This document shows positions 59,435 through 64,000 of a stretch of DNA of 64,000 nt, piece by piece. The position numbers and the translations under genes are program-made. Every line of letters starts with the position of its first letter. Positions within the stretch are counted from its first letter, which is position 1. This stretch comes from Oikopleura dioica (taxonomy: Eukaryota > Animalia > Chordata): positions 14,260,001 to 14,324,000 of the forward strand of contig OU015566.1 in assembly GCA_907165135.1 (NCBI GenBank), in the 5' to 3' direction. Below the pieces are notes generated by a model. It worked only from the letters and a program-made list of their open reading frames with translations. It ran no database searches and was not told the DNA's origin.

Positions 59435-62400
59435 CTTAATTAACCACATTACTACACCATTTTAGGAAGTTGGGAAAGGAGAAATGTCAGGGCTTTCGGA
59501 CATGTTTAGGCACACATGTCAGCCGGACACAAGCGAGCCCGCTAAATAATGCAGCAATTTAGCGATCAGCTAGATTAAGCCTGCAACGCATAAATATTAA
59601 AACTAAATTCACGGCGAATTCCGCATTCGGAAAGAAACAAGGAGGGGGATGATGATTTTGGAAAAGGGACAGACAACAATCCCCCCCATGCATTTATTCA
59701 TCCCTACAAGCCATTCTTTTCGGAAGATGCAAAATTACAACTTTCAACTTTTGAGCGCATTGTTTCCTTATCTCCTTTGTATCGCTCTTTTTCTACTCAA
59801 CCCTGAGTACTGCCTCTAGTTCAAAGAGAGCATCCAGAAACATATCAAGTCTTAGAGAAGATCTGAAAAATTCCTCAAGTAAAAAATACTGAAAAAAGAA
59901 GGTGCTTCGGATCAACTTCAACTTCAAAGAAGCGCTTATTGGGGTAAAAGTTATTGTTATCCAATATTGCCGGGCATATGGCCTATATGGCCAGACCGCT
60001 AGCCTTCAGCAGTGGGTCAGGATAGATTGGCGTTTAGACACACAAGTGGGATGAAGACATGATGGATGGGCCAAATCGATTAGTTACGATCTCGATCGGA
60101 AAAATAAGGAACTGTCAATTTTCTGTTCACTCAGAACTGTAATCTCGCCCAAGGCGCGTGAGTGTAACCGCTGAACAAGAATACGTGCTCTCCTGGCCAC
60201 TCAGTAAGTCAAACAATCAATGCAAAATTAAGGCACTTTCGAGCACTCTCTTCTGAGTCGAAATATTTTTCTTACACGCGCTGCGGGGCACCTTAATTTT
60301 CGCCCTTGTTAAAACTTTCCGTGGGAGTTTACAAGTGTGCCGATTTTGAAGTTTTATATCTCCCCCGAAACACTTTATTCTCAAGAGCATATTGCGCGGT
60401 GTATACCCTTAATCGCTGATTAAATGGCTTCGCTAATTCGCTTAAAACCTGAAACTACTTTGAGCGCATCTGGCCTTTGTACTCTGTGCTGTAGTGGATA
60501 GTAGTCTCCCGGCTAGATCGATAATTCAATCAGAGCACTTAAAAATTTGGGCACACGCATTTGGGCACACGCCGCTTATCATCATCCAGATGAGCTTTTC
60601 AATCCACTTTGTATTCCACTTCAGCTTCGTCTGATCTTCAACCTGGATCAGCCCCGATTTTTTAACAAAAGAAGCCGCTCTCCCCTCAGGCCAAGTTTAC
60701 GCCCGCCCAAGGCTAAATTTTTCATGTCTCCTGACAAAGCCTTTTCAGAAACAAAAAAAAAACGACGCTCCAGAAGGCCCGAAAATCAGCGAAGAAACGA
60801 GCAACAGAAAGAGCAGCCCTTGAGAACAGATGATCAACCTCAAACGCGAAATCCTCAAAATCAGTCGCTGCAGACTTGCGAGACATAAATTCGCACAAGC
60901 GCGCCGCCGGCAAGTTGAGAAAGCGAGTGCGGCGTGCCCGCAACTTGCTACTACTCGTTGTTGGCATCGCACAATGGCGCCACCACCATCTTTTTCCAAA
61001 GTCTCCGCCTTGGAGCGAGTACCGACGTGCCCTGGGGCGCAAGCGCGCTTTTTCACCCTGCAAAAAAAGAAGACGAAAAAAAGGTCTGAAAATGATGATC
61101 ATCAAAAAAAAAGAAGGAAAAAGACAGAGAACGAAAACGAAAACGAAAAAACAGAGAGTTGTTGAAATCAACGAAGAGAACAAGCAAAATCCACGGAGAA
61201 AAAAAAAGAAGAAAACAAAGGGGCTCTTTTTTGAATTCTGAAAATTCGAGCGCCGCTTGTTAAAAATGCATAATTACTCTCTTTTGTTCGGCGACTAATT
61301 TTGATTTTTTCGACCATTTTTTTGAGACTGATATTTTAGATTCTTAGAGAAAATAAAAATAAAGCCTATTTTGTGCTGCTCAGAGCCACAACTCTCAAGC
61401 CTCAAGCAAGTTAATTTTTAATCCCTTATTCGCAAAGCCACAAAAGGCGTTGCCAGGATCGCATCTTGAGTGCTCCCGTAAAGATACAACTCTCTCCTAC
61501 GACCCAGAGAAAAAGTGTGCTTGAAAAGTGGAAAGTTTCTTTGTTAGGCTTAATTTCGCGTATGACATTTATTTGTCACGCATGTTGGGTAAGATCGGCG
61601 AGCACGTTACGTTTTCTGTCATCGCCGTGTCAATTTTAAAACGCTCGTGCGTCAACGGGTTAAGGAAGTCGATGTTTCTTTTCAGGTGCTAATTAGAACT
61701 TTTTGAGTCGTGATTCTTGCTTTTTTCGAATAGAAATAATTTTTTAAAATAGGAAAAAATTAACCATCTTTTTAGCGAATTCGATTCGAAGGGTTGAAAA
61801 TTTTAACCCGTTTCCAAACAAGTGACCAAAAAATGACAAGTTTGATTTCTTTTAACCTATTGACGTAAACGACCAATTTTCTAAAGAAAAAAGATAACGA
61901 GTCGTGCAGATTTTGCGTGAGCCTGTATATACAGGCAGAAACTAAGAGAGATATTCTATGCTCCGCACAATATGGCGCAGTATGAATTTTGCATCTCCGA
62001 GGATTTATTCAGCCTGGCTGTAGAAAGCCCGCCCCGGCCGCAGATGAGACAGCAAATAATAGTCAACTTAAAAGTTAAGGCCGGAGGATAATATTTAATC
62101 CAGCCAATTCGCGCGAGAGGTATTACTGTACTTGGTGATTAATTTTTTAATCTCTTCGGGCTTGGGTTCACTTCGATGAGTTTGGAGGATTTATGCCCGC
62201 GCGCTTTCTATTTTTTCGAACTCGCAAATCAAGTTTTTCAAAAGCGAACTCTTGAAGAGGCTCTGCACGTGACTGTAGGTTACATGAACATGCAGAGCGA
62301 TTATATATGATCGTGAACATCGCCTTCTGTCAAACCACCGGGTCGAAGTCATTATATCTAATATTGAGTAAGCCTTTTTTTTAATATGGCGACTCAATGA

Positions 62401-64000
62401 GCCAAGCAGCCTCCTTCTCATAAGGATTAAGGAGATACACGCCCTTAATGTATATGATATGATATATTATATATCAAAACATATTTTATTTTGGCGAGTT
62501 AATGTATGTCAATAACAAGCTTCAAAAATCAACGCGAAAAAGTTGACTCTTGAATTTTTGATCTCATAAAAATCAACTTGTTTGAGGTTTTAAGGGCGTG
62601 GCTAACGATATCTTTTTCAAATAATAATTTGACTATTTTTTAAAAGATTTTTCGAAGATTTTAGATAGAAGATTCTTTTCTGGATTTTTTAAAGAGAAGA
62701 TTTTAAAATTCTGTAATTTCAGATTGGAATCGGTTTCTTTATCGGAGAGTAAGAAAGAGTAATATTCTCAGCAGTGGAGACAGAGTTGGATCGATCGGAT
62801 GAGCTGATCCTGCTTCTTTTTCTCGAATGATTAAAAATGATCGGCTAGGCGAACTTCCAGCGGCATTATGCGCCGCAAAGAAAAGTATTTTCAGGAAAGC
62901 CGTTCAGAGATTCTCCCGAAGAAGCCAGGAAAAACGAAGGGGAGGAGGATAGGGCTACCCTATCGCTAATTAGGTATTTTCGATTTTGTTTAATCAGAAT
63001 AAAAGGGGTTTTATGTAAGCCGGCGCGTTAAGCATCCCTTCTGTTTTTACCCGATTATTTCGCCTTGGATAGGAGGAGCCCCTTAATGCTTCACAGACAA
63101 GAGTCATTTGAAGACTGTGCTCTCAAAAGAATCATCAGAAAATCAAAACCAAACTGAATCGAATAAATACCGCAAATTGGCTTTTGCGGAGAAGAACTCG
63201 TGCAGGAACACCAAAGCGGATATCGGATTATCCAATGTCGTGATGAGCGACATGGATTTTTGGAGCTCTCTCGGAAATGTTTCCGCGCTGTCGGTCGAGA
63301 AAAACAGCGTCACTGAGGTGCCACTTCCAAATCGAGTGTCGTCTGACATTTCGCCAGTTCGTCCCTAATTCCTGCCCATAAGCTCTCTGCGTGTGCGGTT
63401 TTTATAGCTCCTGTTTTGGGCACCACCGCTAAGTAGAGTGTAATTCGCAAGGCAAAATCTCAGTAGTCAGTAGTTACAGTAACGCCTTCTACTTCTGCCT
63501 GACTTCTTGCTCGGCAACCAGATTACACACACGGGCTGAGTTGATCATCGACTAAACTGGTTACCGCGTCTTCCGATTCGAGAAAATTGAGTTAACTCGC
63601 CTCGGGCGGTGTTAAGGATAAAAAGTCCTTTAACACAATTAACGCGAATTATCCTCGGAGGAATAATTTTTGCATACGTTGCAAAAATGAGTTAAAAGTC
63701 GGCGAGTTTGCCTTGTTTTTCAATTTTGATACAGTAAGGGAGTTTTTCATTCAACTCAATTTTAAGGGAGTAGCAATCGTATAAACAGATTTTCGCGCTG
63801 ATTTAACAATGTGACACCCTTAGTCTTATTTTTCGCTTCGAGACAATAAGGGGGTCACTATTGTAAATGCAGAGCAGTCTGCTAATATGATAGTGAATGC
63901 TCTGGCCGCAGGCGAGTGGATCAAACAACAACGCCATCGAGCAGCTGAAATATAAATAACCCTTGTCCATATTAACATAGGTCATCCCCTTGTTACCAGG

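Noticed and set aside
63143-63349. FGSGTSVTL motif resembling an Ig J segment or CUB strand
   Set aside because: It is an isolated short match with no V domain, RSS or supporting exons.
59460-64000. Upstream GH9 exons
   Set aside because: No GH9 N-terminal motifs (DAGD, GQVG, DELxWAA) were found in any frame I checked. The ORFs at 60547-61241 show no recognisable domain.

Overview
This is a compact, gene-dense eukaryotic genomic window. It is most consistent with the larvacean tunicate Oikopleura dioica (inference from many ~40-45 bp introns, recurrent non-canonical GA-AG introns and a GH9 cellulase). I assembled these genes by hand across introns: a 5-exon Jun-family bZIP factor; a coiled-coil/RING protein; an ATG8/GABARAP gene carrying a 3.3-kb TTAA-flanked transposon-like insertion in intron 2; a tetraspanin; a large protease gene (pseudo-protease + active trypsin + poly-Thr/poly-Lys linker + CUB); a TREK/TALK-like K2P channel; a skeletal-type myosin-binding protein C followed by a C2H2 zinc-finger gene and a MyBP-H-like FN3-Ig-FN3-Ig gene; and the 3' half of a GH9 cellulase whose catalytic Glu is replaced by Asp. 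Several orphan exons remain. Non-coding DNA is dominated by palindromic/foldback elements, many bounded by TTAA. They reuse a small set of modules: GAA-triloop mini-hairpins, AAGCCGC-N-GCGGCTT hairpins, AP-1 TGAGTCA arms and TAAGGGTRTCA ends. Arrays of CCAAT boxes at a near-exact 30-bp period are also dispersed through the window. No tRNA, rRNA, CRISPR array or intact transposase was recognised. All exon models are manual and need RNA-seq confirmation.
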